The notes under the pieces: generated by a model
Seen by the model: only the letters and a program-made list of their open reading frames with translations
The model's database searches: none
What the model was told of the DNA's origin: nothing
DNA from: Macrostomum lignano
Taxonomy: Eukaryota
DNA length: 32,657 bases
Direction: 5' to 3'
NCBI GenBank assembly: GCA_002269645.1
Contig: NIVC01004874.1
Location: forward strand, 1 to 32,657
Shown: positions 1-10,942 of the stretch, piece after piece
Position numbering within the stretch: position 1 is the stretch's first letter
Layout of the letters: every line of letters starts with the position of its first letter
Made by a program: the position numbers and the translations under genes

Positions 1-91
1 AGCTGTATTATGACTGTAGGCAGTTTCTACATGTATATGCTTTAAATACTGATAAGCCTCTTTCATCTAGGGCTTAAATTTGTTTTTATAA

Positions 92-300
92 TGTGAGCAT
101 TCTATGCACCTAAATATTCTAATGTTGTTTTAGTCCTAATTTGTACGTGCTTGCGTATGGGGTGGTTGTTTGCAACGTGCGGCTGCCCCGTGTGTGTGCA
201 ACACCAAACCCATCTCAATCTTCGGCTTATAAAATATATCGATTGTCAGGCCTGAGCGCCAAGTCGGTTTTCTCGCAATCTCAACCTCGCTCGTTTTACA
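92..300 (+). repeat. 5' LTR (209 bp)
   Basis: TG...CA termini; direct repeat of 4857-5071; TATAAAA at 228-234. Confidence 0.95.
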
Positions 301-301
301 C

Positions 302-317
302 TGGTGGCAGCGATGGG
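302..317 (+). promoter_or_regulatory. Primer-binding site, tRNA-Leu type
   Basis: TGGTGGCAGCGATGGG begins 1 nt after the LTR. It is complementary at 15/16 to the 3' end of eukaryotic tRNA-Leu as I recall it (...CCCACCGCUGCCACCA). Confidence 0.8.
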
Positions 318-1140
318 CTCAACTCACACAAGTGAAAATAATGCTGCTTTGCTACCGCCGAAATTCTCCGGCCAGTCAAACGTGCACAAATGCTAGTGTC
401 TTCGAAGACTTTGTAGAGGACAAAGGCTGGGACGACGCACAATCTGCTTCGAAGCTGAAGCTCCTGCTGCATGGTGAAGCCCAGATATGCGTTTTGGGAT
501 CTGCCGGAGGCTGATAGGAAAAGCTACAAAAGATAAAAGAGGTGCTACAAAAGCAGTTCGGCGGAGCAGCCAGCCAGCATCGCGCCATGGAAGAGTTCCA
601 AGATCGACGGAGAAACAGCGCAGAGACTCTGCGAGAGCTTTCGTACTCCTTGAGGCTGCTGTACATGACAGCACGGCCTGATGACTCCTCGGCGCTGCGA
701 GATCGTGAGGTGAAATTTCGAATAATTCAGCTGATGACTGCGGACATACGCGACACCCTGCTCAAGGACAGGGACCTGGACTCCTGCACGCTGGAGGAGC
801 TGGTCGAGTGGGCCACGAGGCTGGAGCAAATCGCGAGCAAATGCAAACCAGGCAACTCGCCCGCAGTGGCGATGGTTGACGATCGACTGGCACGGCTGGA
901 GCAGCAGCTGGAGACCTGACGGCTGCGGTGACGAGGGGCGGCAGCGCGAGAGGACGCGGTGGCGGCAGGCCGAGAGATCAGCAGCAGCGGTCATCAGGCT
1001 GCTTTCGGTGCGGTAAGGAAGGCCACATCGCCCGCCGGTGCCCTGCTGGCGGATCTCAGGGGCCAAGGTCGCTGCTTCAACTGCTCCGGCTGGGGCCACG
1101 GCGCGGCTGTCTGTCCGTCAAAGGCTCGCCGTCGGGAAAC
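313..1140 (+). CDS. gag: Gag (capsid-like region plus two CCHC zinc knuckles), frameshifted as given
   Basis: ATG313 gives MGSTHTSENNAALLPPKFSGQSNVHK. After frame changes: FEDFVEDKGWDDAQSASKLKLLLHGEAQ, FWDLPEADRKSYK, KIKEVLQKQF...RLEQQLET, then CFRCGKEGHIARRC and CFNCSGWGHGAAVC (both CX2CX4HX4C). Confidence 0.85.
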
Positions 1141-1208
1141 TTCTGAGGGTCGGCAGCGAAGGGCCAGCTCCAACCCGTCAATCAAGTGCCCAATCTGCAC
1201 TCTCAATC

Positions 1209-1545
1209 TTCGTGCGTGCGCTTCTGCAAGGCAAGGAGGTCAGTTTCCTGCTCGACACTGGCGCACAGACATCCTTGATCAGCCGCAGCCTCGCGCAAGT
1301 CTGCGGCCTTCAGATCGAGCCCGGTGGAAGCTGCTGCCCGACTTCGGTCGATGGTGGCCGCCTGAGTTGCATCGGGATTGCCCGAGCCACAATTCAAGTC
1401 GGCCAGTCAGTCAATGTTGTCCATGAGCTCAACGTGGTGGAGAAAATCAGTCTGGATCTCATCCTCGGCATGGACTTCATCACCCGAACCACCCGAGAGC
1501 TTCAGATCGACATCGTTGGTAGGACCGTATGCCTCAACGGAGAGA
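1209..1545 (+). CDS. pol: Retroviral-type aspartic protease domain of Pol
   Basis: VSFLLDTGAQTSLIS (DTG at 1254-1262) and the downstream LILGMDF motif. Confidence 0.92.
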
Positions 1546-4500
1546 AAGCCCGTTCTTCAACAGCAGCTCAAGCGTCCGAATTGTGACCGGCACCCTCGTT
1601 GCTCGAGTGGAAAGCAAAACAAGTGTTCCAGCACGAAGCGAAAAGCTGGTGTGGCTCCGCGTCAAGTCGGAAGACGAGCAAGGCATCTTCGAGCCCAACG
1701 CCAACTTTACCCAAGCGACTGGTTTGCTTGTCTCAAGAGTTTTGACCGTTTCAGCTGATCAGAAGATTCCAGTCCGGGTGTGCAATTTAGGCTCCGAGGA
1801 GGTGCTACTCTACGCCAACAAGGTCGTCGGCTCTTTTGAAGCTGCCGACCTGATCAACAACAGCGCTGGCACAGTCAAGCAGTCGGACTGCTGGGATGTC
1901 AACCCTGACTTGGATGCGGCTGACAGGCAGAGACTACTGGCACTACTCAAGGCGAACGGTGACCTGTTCAGCACTCACGAGTACGACCTCGGCTCCACCG
2001 CGCTGCTGAAACATCGTATCGAGCTGCAGCCCGGCACGCAGCCCTATAAGCAGCGCCAGCGACCGATTCCGCTGCCGGTTCGTGACCAGGTCGACCAGAA
2101 AATTGGCCAGATGCTGGAGCACGACATCATTGAGCCGTCCAACTCGCCCTGGGCCAGCAATCTTATCGTCGTCCGGAAAAAGAGCGGCGACATCCGCCTA
2201 TGCACCGACTGGCGTCAGTTGAACGCTGTGACCATCAAGGACGCCTACCCCTGCCGCACCTGCAACAATCGATGGATACTCTGGCGGCTGCTCTTGGTTT
2301 ACCACTATCGACTGCAAGCAGGGGTTCAACCAGGTCGTGGTCGACGAGGCAGACCGCTACAAGACTGCTTTCTATTTCACACGAGGCCTTATGCAGTTCA
2401 AGAAGATGGGCTTCGGTATGTGCAACTCTCCTGCGACCTTCCAGAGGCTAATGGAGCTCGTTATGTCCGGCCTGACCTGGGAAGAGGTGCTAGTCTACGT
2501 GGACGACTTGATCGTGTTCAGTCGGAGCTTCGAAGAGCATCTGGCCAGCCTGCGCAAAGTTTTCGACCGGCTGCGAGCTGCGGGACTGAAGCTCAACAAG
2601 GACAAGTCGGTGTTCGCTCACAGGAGCATGAAGTACCTGGGCCACATCGTCAGCCGGGAAGGAATTCGGCCGGATCCGGACAAAGTGGAGGCCCTGGCCA
2701 AGATTCAGTCACCAAGTTCTGCCGAGGAGGTGCGACGATTCATCGGCATGTTGTGCTTCTATCGCAGATTCATCAGGGACTTCAGCAAGACAGCGGCACC
2801 ACTGCATGCCGCAACACAGAAGACGGGCTTCACCTGGACAGACGAGTGCAAGACGGCCTTCCAGACGCTCAAGGAGCAACTTGGGCGAGCACCTGTGCTT
2901 CGCCTGCCGGACTTCCGCCGACCATTTATCATGAGCTGCGACGCCAGCGCCTTCGCAGTGGGCGCGGTTCTCTGCCAGCGTTACGGAGACGCGGAGCTTC
3001 CAGTGGCATTTGCCTCCAGGACCCTCAACAAGGCGGAACGAAATTACTCGGCCACTGACAGGGAACTGCTGGCCTTGGTTTGGAGTCTCAAGCACTTCAG
3101 AGCCTACCTGTGCAGCGTGAAAGACTTCACTGTGTTTACCGATCACCAGCCGCTCAAGGGCCTGCTGCAGACCAAGGAGCCAGAGGGTCGGCTGGCACGT
3201 TGGCTCGACACCATCCAGCAGTTCAATTTCGCGCTCTGCTATCGGCCAGGGCGGGAGAACGTGGTGCCAGACGTGCTCAGTCGGACGGCTGTTACTCAAC
3301 TGGCAAATCGCGATGACTTGCTGGCAGAGCAGCTCCGAGACAGCCTTCTGCAGAATGTCTTCAAGGCGATCAGTGACGGCTTCGTCCACCTGTCCAAAGG
3401 CTGTCGGCAGCGAGTCGAAGAATTCCTAGCAAATGGCGACATCCAGATCGGGCAACACGGTGAGCTGGTCCGGCAGGGCAAACCGGTGGTGCCCAGTCAC
3501 CTGCGTGCGCAGTTCCTGGCTGACGCGCACGACGCCGCCTGCAGCGGTCACCTCGGCACAGACCGAACGCTGGACAAGCTCGCCGACCGCTGCTGGTGGC
3601 CGGGCATGCACAACGACGTCAAGAACTGGGTCGCCAGCTGCGCCGCTTGTCTTCGGCGGAAGAACAGCAGTCGGCCGCAGCGAGCACCACTGCAAGCGAC
3701 TCCACTGCCGTCGAGGCCATGGGAGATGGTCCAGATCGATATCAAGGGTCCGCTGCTAAGGACACCACGAGGCAACAGTTACGTGCTGAGCATCTGTGAC
3801 TGCTTCTCAAAGTGGATGGAGACCTGCGCTCTACCAAGCATCGAGGCTGAGCGGGTGGCCGACGCTCTGGTCAGGCAGGTAGCGCTTCGGCACGGCGTCC
3901 CAGACGCTATCCACAGCGACCAAGGGCGTCAATTCGAAAGCCATCTGTTCCAGTCCCTGTGCCAGCGGCTCGGCATGCAGAAAAGCCGCACTTCGCCTTT
4001 CCATCCCAGCGGCAACGGCCTGGTTGAGCGCGGAAACCGAACCCTTGGTGACATGCTAGCGACGGTTGTGGCAGAGGATCAGGACGACTGGGACCTCCAA
4101 CTTGCCTTCGTCACGTGGGCCTTCAACAGCTCGGTGCACTCGACCACGGGCCTGTCGCCGTACCAGACGCTGCACGGATGGCCACCAAGGCTGCCAATCG
4201 ACTCCAAGCTGCCCAAAGCATCGGATGGCTTCACTGATGCGCTGGACTTTGCAGAGGCAACTCAGAGGCGCCTGCTGGACAACCGGGCGCGTTTCCATCA
4301 GCAGCTGCAGGCGTCGCAGACCGAGCGCAACGAGCGGTACAACATGGAGACTCGGTTCCGGCCGTACAAAGAGGGCGACTTGGTGATGCTGAGCTGCAAG
4401 GTGGTGAAACCTGGCAGATCAAAAAGCCTCAGTAACATCATCCGTACATCATCCTGAAGAGGATCGGCGAGGTCAACTACCGAGTGCGGCCGGCCTCGGG

Positions 4501-4789
4501 TCCCGGCGTGCGGATGCGACGCAGGCAGGTGGTGCACCACGACCGGCTCAAACCATTTGTGGAACGGCGCAACTCCTTACGGCCCGGCGACGACCTGCAG
4601 GCTACCGCAAACGAGGCTGCTGACGGACTGGTGGACCCTCAGCTCCAGGCGCCTGATGCCTGGGTGCAGCTGTTCGACGGTAACGGCGGACCGGATGAGA
4701 CAGCGACTGAGACCAATCAGCAAGAGGCTCAGCTGCCGAGACGGTCGGCCAGAGAGCGAAGACGTCCTGATTTTTATCGCCCAATGTGA
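1546..4789 (+). CDS. pol: Pol: spacer domain, reverse transcriptase, RNase H, integrase with GPY/F-type tail (frameshifts near 2250-2290 and 4430-4455)
   Basis: RT motifs SPWASNLIVVRKK, RLCTDWRQLN, FGMCNSPATFQRLM and YVDD (2496-2507). RNase H motifs CDASAFAVGAVL, YSATDRELLA, TDHQPL. Integrase HDAACSGHLG...CAAC, then IDIKGP, HSDQG, NGLVER. Tail PYIILKRIGEVNYRV...VVHHDRLK ends at stop 4789. Confidence 0.96.
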
Positions 4790-4845
4790 ATGCTTGATTT
4801 TCTGTGAACTTTTGCCATAGACATTGTGTTGCGTCTTTTAAACCC

Positions 4846-4856
4846 GGGGGAAGTGG
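4846..4856 (+). promoter_or_regulatory. Polypurine tract
   Basis: GGGGGAAGTGG directly abuts the TG of the 3' LTR. Confidence 0.85.
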
Positions 4857-5071
4857 TGTGAGCATTCTATGCACCTAAATATTCTAATGTTGTTCGTAGT
4901 CCTATTTGTACGTGCTTGCGTATGGGGGGTGGTTGTTTGCAACGTGCGGCTGCGCCCGTGTGTGTGCAACACCCAAACCCCACCTCAATCTTCGGCTTAT
5001 AAAATATATCGATTGTCAGGCCTGAGCGCCAAGTCGGTTTTCTCGCAATCTCAAACCTCGCTCGTTTTACA
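4857..5071 (+). repeat. 3' LTR (215 bp)
   Basis: Copy of 92-300; by my manual alignment 2 substitutions and 7 small indel events. Confidence 0.95.
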
Positions 5072-5679
5072 ATAAGAAGTCTAACTCACCATGCACCGTA
5101 AACTAGAATTTCAACTAGCTAATGCAATTTTTGTGGTGCATTAGATACCAGCTAATATATATTTTAATTAAATATCTGGTTGGAGCATCGCTAACTAAAC
5201 AACCACGGTCAATTTTAAGCTCTAATTTTAAAATGTACATGCATGTAATACCTTTTCCGTAAATTCGATCTTATCCTATAATTTTATAATCTCCAACGAG
5301 CGCTCTTTTATGTCCCTCAAATGTACTGTATTCCATACATGAATCGAGCAGCTTACCACGCTTTCTAAAAATTTATGTCGACATTGTAGAGGGCCATCAT
5401 ACATAAATTGGGGTCTTAAAAAGTGGCAAGCTATGAAAAGTTAAGTATTCAAAAATTTTGGAATTCTATCATGTAATTATATTAGATACCTGCAAACAAC
5501 TCATTGGATTACAGTACATTGGATTAAAGGCAGGCGCGCGTCCCACCGGGGGGGACAGGGGGGACATGTCCCCCATGCAGTAAAAGCTATGGGGGGACAA
5601 GCCAATGCTTGTCCCCCCACCCTACCTTGTGACTCATTGTGTTAATCAATAACTTTTCTTGAGGACGCCAAAATAAAAC

Positions 5680-5870
5680 ACCTCCGGCGCTAAAATAAAT
5701 GCCTGCGGCGCCAAAATGAGTTCCTGCGGCGCTAAAATATAAATGCCTGCGGCGCCAAAATGAGTGCATGTGGCGCTAAAATGAATGCCTGCGGCGCCAA
5801 AATGAGTTCCTGTGGCGCTAAAATAAGTGCCTGCAGAGCTAAAATGTATGCCTGCGGCGCCAAAATGAGC
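5680..5870. repeat. About 20-21 bp tandem repeat (GCCTGCGGCGCCAAAATGAGT-like, about 9 copies) inside the hAT-like element
   Basis: Directly visible tandem units. Confidence 0.9.
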
Positions 5871-5947
5871 GCTGACAACACGATTCTGAAGATAATGGAA
5901 TTTTACAAATTTAGTCATGTACATGTTGAATTCTTGGCTTTGCCCCC

Positions 5948-7173
5948 TGTTAGAGTTTAGGATCTCCGCGTTTTAGGGTCTCCGGCCAGGAGATCACAAA
6001 CTGAAAATTGTGTCATTTTAAGATCGCCCACACGGAGATCGGAAACCATAACATAAGATAGAGTTACAGTTCTCCGCGCGTGTTAGGATCTCCGCGGTTC
6101 TTTTCTATATGAAAATTATCGCTACTTCTATGTACATCGAGATTGGCACCCCAAAGTGTGAGCAGTCTTGCGTAACTTTCAATAGGCTTTGCACATTTTG
6201 GAGATCAGCTTTGTACTCATATTTTATGGGTGGCGGGAAGCGCTGTAAACATTTATATTGGGCAGATGATAAGAAAGGTTTGTGCTGTGTGATTTTCGTC
6301 GATTTCTGCATTTCAAAGCTTGATGGCTTCGCTCAATCAAATATTTTTCTACGTCCTAAACAATGAATATACGCAGGTACCAGCCAGATTGGACGCCAAA
6401 GATAAGGCCAACTTAAAAAGACGTATTAGCGAAAAGAGCAAGCGTTTCTCCATCCATGACGGAGCGCTTTACTACAGGGTGACTAATAAGGACGACAGTC
6501 AGCGAATGCGGCCTGAAGACCATCGCAGAGTACTTTTCACAGAGGAAGAGGTACGGGATAAGATCCGCAGCCTTCACTCGCAAGGAAGTCACGTGGGTGT
6601 CAACAGCACAGTGAGCCTTTTTACTGCATGATACTATGCTGACATCCCCGTCACACCGATTGCCAAGGCAGTGGTCGAGTCTTGTGACAGGTGCGAGCTG
6701 GTCACACCGTGGGAGCAGCTGGGGTTCAGGATCTGAAGCGAGGGAACAGAGTTAGGCTTCGCAATCTTCGCAGGGACGATCGGAAGGGTGGTAAGATGCG
6801 ATACACTTGGAGTCAGCAAGTCTACATCGTTACCAGGTGTCTTGGTCAAAACGTATACAGGCTAGGAGGACTAACCAGGTGTGTCAATGGAAAACACCTC
6901 AAGAGATGCTTCCTCCAAGCACCGGGCTGAAAGTGCATCACCGGTTTTTCACTAAGCGGACATTTACTTCATTTCTTTAACAGTAAACAGTTTTCCATTT
7001 AAATACACAGTTGTGCGAGCATATACATATAAAACTAGTGCTACGTTGATGATAAAAATGCCTTACCACTTCTTATACATGTACGCGTTCAATACCATGA
7101 CCATTGGTTTTACACAATTTCCGCCCCGGACACCCTAAACTGACCGGACCCCCGGAGATCCTAAACCATAACA
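5948..7173 (+). mobile_element. Internally deleted Ginger-like (Gypsy-integrase DNA transposon) nested in the hAT-like element
   Basis: TGT...ACA termini. TIR TGTTAGAGTTTAGGATCTCCG versus TGTTATGGTTTAGGATCTCCG (19/21), with further matched blocks TTTAGGGT.TCCGG and AAATTGTGT. Flanked by C-runs on both sides (4-5 bp TSD, length ambiguous). Contains integrase-like coding sequence and no LTR or RT. Confidence 0.75.
6323..6930 (+). pseudogene. Ginger/GIN1-like integrase remnant: N-terminal H2C2 zinc domain plus C-terminal GPY/F-like domain, DDE core absent
   Basis: FSIHDGALYYR...KIRSLHSQGSHVGVNSTVSLFTA*YY...VVESCDRC, then in another frame GNRVRLRNLRRDDRKGGKMRYTW..VYIV...VYRL...VNGKHLK. Stop at 6629-6631 and a frame change near 6700-6730. 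Confidence 0.78.
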
Positions 7174-7888
7174 CCCCCCCCCCACCATAAAATCCATGGC
7201 GACGCCCTGATTAAAGGAATGGTTATCATGTACGACTAAAATCATCAAGTACTAGATAACTAAAGTACTAGTGTAGGGATCTGGTATTAATAGTATAATT
7301 TGTAACTATACAGTTATTGTGGACTTTTTCGACTAAATTTACCTTTGTATCTTCTACGTTGTTGTACGACTGTAACTTCTAGTGTCCCTTGTTTTAAGAG
7401 CGTATAACTTAGTCATGTAGAAGTTTTTCCAAAATTTACAATCACAAATGTAATTGCAGCAACAATTGTCCTAGCTAACGCTAGTTTCAAGACTGTTCTG
7501 AACGGTTTCACGAAATAAAACTTAACAAATATTTCAAATGAACTTCTGCAAAAGCATTAAATTGCATTTGAATTATATTGCCGCGTGACAAAATTACTGA
7601 ATAAATGTCGAATTTCAGTCCTTTTTCATCCAGTTTCGTGCTGTTAAAGACTCCTGACACGCTAAAGATTCGATTCGATTTTAACTTCCATATCGAGCAC
7701 GCTATTTTATCGTCAAGATAATCAGCTCACTCGAGGCATAGCTTTAAGTTTGACTTTACAAAAATCCAGTGTATTTACGCATATTTTGGTGTTTTCTAAT
7801 TCACAAGTGTATTTTGAGCCTTTATTGTTCAAGACTATAGCCAAGGGTATCGATAAAAGTAATCTAAACTTTAATTGTTAATTTAATC

Positions 7889-8025
7889 ATGTCCTGCAAT
7901 TCATTCACTAGTTGGGAAATCCAGGACAATCTAAAACTTCGGAGTGTTGTCACAGAAAAAATCGTAGAAAAACCAGCAGCTGAAGCGCAGTCAGCAAACG
8001 CAGCAAAAGAAAATGAAATAAAACT
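7889..8025 (+). CDS. Putative first coding exon of PAAT/C10orf88-like gene
   Basis: ATG7889 gives MSCNSFTSWEIQDNLKLRSVV...AKENEIK, followed by a strong GTAAGT donor at 8026. The 137-nt exon (phase 2) joins in frame to the acceptor at 10943. TSWEI resembles the SSWDV motif I recall near the human C10orf88 N-terminus. Confidence 0.5.
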
Positions 8026-9545
8026 GTAAGTGCTAAATGTTCAAACTAATCATACCAATTTATATTCCCAATGTCCATAAATTTTACTCTACCTGTTTTT
8101 GCTAGTTATTAGTCACTAGTCTAGTCTTAAAAATCAAATTAAAAAATTAAAAATCAATTCTGAATTCTGCTGTCCTAGGTAGATTTGATAATAGCTATAA
8201 AGGAATTTGTCTTTCTTTGTTAATTTAAAATTTGGATATTGATTTAATATAAAAATAGATTTATAAGTAAGGCCTAGGCTTAATTCACATTCACAAATAG
8301 CTTTTATAAAAACTGGCTTGGTAAGCCTATTTCATGTATTTTTGGCTATTTCAGCTAAAGTGAAAAAAATAATGAAAAGTATTTTTTTATTGGAATTTTT
8401 ATGTTGCTACAACTTTAAACATCAATATCACTACTAAACTATAATTGCATAGCCTTTGTTTTTGGAATTATGAACTATTATAATTAATAAAAGTATAAGA
8501 AACAGGTACATTTTTATATTTACTAGGCCTATATATTTAATGATTTAATTTTGTATCCTATACTTAAGGTTTAAGGTATTTCAAGTCAGATATATTTATT
8601 TATTTTTTATTTGCATAAGTAATTAAGTTTAATAATTTGCAAACAACCAGAAAGAATAAGTTCAGACTTTTGGTTTGACTATAAATTGACAAAAATCTGT
8701 TTTTGTTTTGTCTTTCCAAACAGAGCAAAAGAGAAAATAAAATGTAAGGCAACAAAGCAACTTTTATTTTAATAGAATATTAGCTTAATTAACAAAAAGA
8801 ATATCAGTCAGCAGTACCATAAAGTAGAGGTGGATTATAGTAGAAACTATGAAAGTTCAATGTGAGACTTTTTTATTTCTCTTTAATTCATTTAGCTTTG
8901 TTAATTTATCAAGTTGATGGTCAGATGGATATATTAAAGTAGTTTAAATTGACATTGAAGTTTTAAATACTGTTTGATTGTTAGAACCTTGTGTTTAAGT
9001 GTGTCAATTTAAATTTTGTTGAGGCGCACTATGTGTTCACAGCGATGCGAGTGCAAATAATTTTGCCTCGTTAGTTTAAACTAGCCTGTTTACATAGGCG
9101 CTCCAACCCTTTCTCAATTTCTGTCTCTCTTTCTTATAGAGGCATTGCACTTTATAGATTGAATTACTTCCAGTCCAGTAAGAGCTCACTCTGGCCTGGC
9201 GTGGGAGACCTTCCAGTGGGGAGGATTCGCGCTAGTGCTCGGGCCTCTGCTCGCAGTCAGAGTTTACCCAAACTAGAATTTGCTAAACAGCTAACACGAG
9301 AGAGGTCTGACACTGTTAGTTTTTAACCTTCACTGCTTTCGTTGTTGAGTTCACCTAATAGAGTTATAGCATGAGTTCCGCTTCATTCCACTCTTTAAGT
9401 CTGTAGCTTTAATGCATTATTTTATGTTTGGACTCCATTATTAACTGTATGTGATGTACAATCCACGGTGCTGCTATGCAAAATGATTCGCTTGTTAACT
9501 ATTTTGCCTTGCTTTCCTTTGATCTCTGTTCTTTTAGCTACGGAC

Positions 9546-10831
9546 CCATGACCCTTGACATCTCAGCAATTCCCCATGACCATTGGCATCTCAGCAATTC
9601 CCCATGACCCTTGACATCTCAGCAATTCCCCATGACCCTTGACATCTCAGCAATTCCCCATGACCATTGGCATCTCAGCAATTCCCATGACCCTTGACAT
9701 CTCAGCAATTCCCCATGACCCTTGACATCTCAGCAATTCCCCATGAGCATTGACATCTCAGTAATTCCCCATGACCCTTGACATCTCAGCAATTCCCCAT
9801 GAGCATTGGAATCTCAGCAATTCCCCATGACCCTTGACATCTCAGCAATTCCCCATGAGCATTGACATCTCAGCAATTCCCCATGAGCATTGACATCTCA
9901 GCAATTCCCCATGAGCATTGACATCTCAGCAATTCCCCATGACCCTTGACATCTCAGCAATTCCCCATGACCCTTGACATCTCAGCAATTCCCCATGAGC
10001 ATTGACATCTCAGCAATTCCACATGAGCATTGACATCTCAGCAATTCCCCATGAGCATTGACATCTCAGCAATTCCCCATGAGCATTGACATCTCAGCAA
10101 TTCCCCATGAGCATTGACATCTCAGCAATTCCCCATGAGCATTGACATCTCAGCAATTCCCCATGAGCATTGACATCTCAGCAATTCCCCATGAGCATTG
10201 ACATCTCAGCAATTCCCCATGAGCATTGACATCTCAGCAATTCCCCATGAGCATTGACATCTCAGCAATTCCCCATGAGCATTGACATCTCAGCAATTCC
10301 CCATGAGCATTGACATCTCAGCAATTCCCCATGAGCATTGACATCTCAGCAATTCCCTATGAGCATTGACATCTCAGCAATTCCCCATGAGCATTGACAT
10401 CTCAGCAATTCCCCATGAGCATTGACATCTCAGCAATTCCCCATGAGCATTGACATCTCAGCAATTCCCCATGACCATTGGCATCTCAGCAATTCCCCAT
10501 GACCCTTGACATCTCAGCAATTCCCCATGAGCATTGACATCTCAGCAATTCCCCATGAGCATTGACATCCCAGAAATTCTCCATGAGCATTGACATCTCA
10601 GCAATTCCCCATGAGCATTGACATCTCAGCAATTCCCCATGAGCATTGGAATCTCAGCAATTCCCCATGAGCATTGACATCTAAGCAATTCCCCATTAGC
10701 ATTGACATCTCAGCAATTCCCCATGACCCTTGACATCTCAGCAATTCCCCATGAGCATTGACATCTCAGTAATTCCCCATGAGCATTGACATCTCAGTAA
10801 TTCCCCATGAGCATTGACATCTCAGTAATCC
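9546..10831. repeat. 28-bp minisatellite GAGCATTGACATCTCAGCAATTCCCCAT, about 46 copies
   Basis: Period 28 (e.g. units at 10081 and 10109); homogeneous centre, variant units at both edges. Confidence 0.97.
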
Positions 10832-10942
10832 AGGGGACATTTCAGGTAATCATCTGTACTTTACACACTACAATGGCAGAACTCTCTGTGCTACCGCTTC
10901 TCAATACATTTCAAAAACACTCCAAACAAAAACTTCATTCAG

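Larger units (their letters stand above)
92..5071 (+). mobile_element. Full-length Ty3/Gypsy LTR retrotransposon (gag-PR-RT-RNaseH-IN order)
   Basis: Two near-identical LTRs starting TGTGAGC and ending TTTTACA. ATAA lies on both sides (88-91 and 5072-5075), a 4-bp TSD. PBS follows the 5' LTR and PPT precedes the 3' LTR. Integrase lies downstream of RT/RNaseH. Confidence 0.97.
5531..7209. mobile_element. Non-autonomous hAT-like (Tip100-type ends) DNA element, about 450 bp once the nested insert is removed
   Basis: ATTAAAGG is duplicated exactly at 5523-5530 and 7210-7217. Ends read CAGGCGCGCGTCCC... and (reverse complement) CAGGGCGTCGCCA..., each followed by G-rich subterminal runs. An 8-bp TSD with CAGG termini is typical of hAT elements. 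Confidence 0.72.

Noticed and set aside
2709-4874. Antisense and alternate-frame ORFs over pol and over the SYNPO2-like CDS (e.g. 2709..3389 -, 29370..30266 -)
   Set aside because: Shadow ORFs expected from GC-rich coding sequence; no recognisable domains.
9140-9177. Additional 38-nt PAAT exon (good acceptor, GTAAGA donor)
   Set aside because: It breaks the frame between exons 1 and 2 alone, and gives an in-frame stop when combined with the 20-nt candidate.
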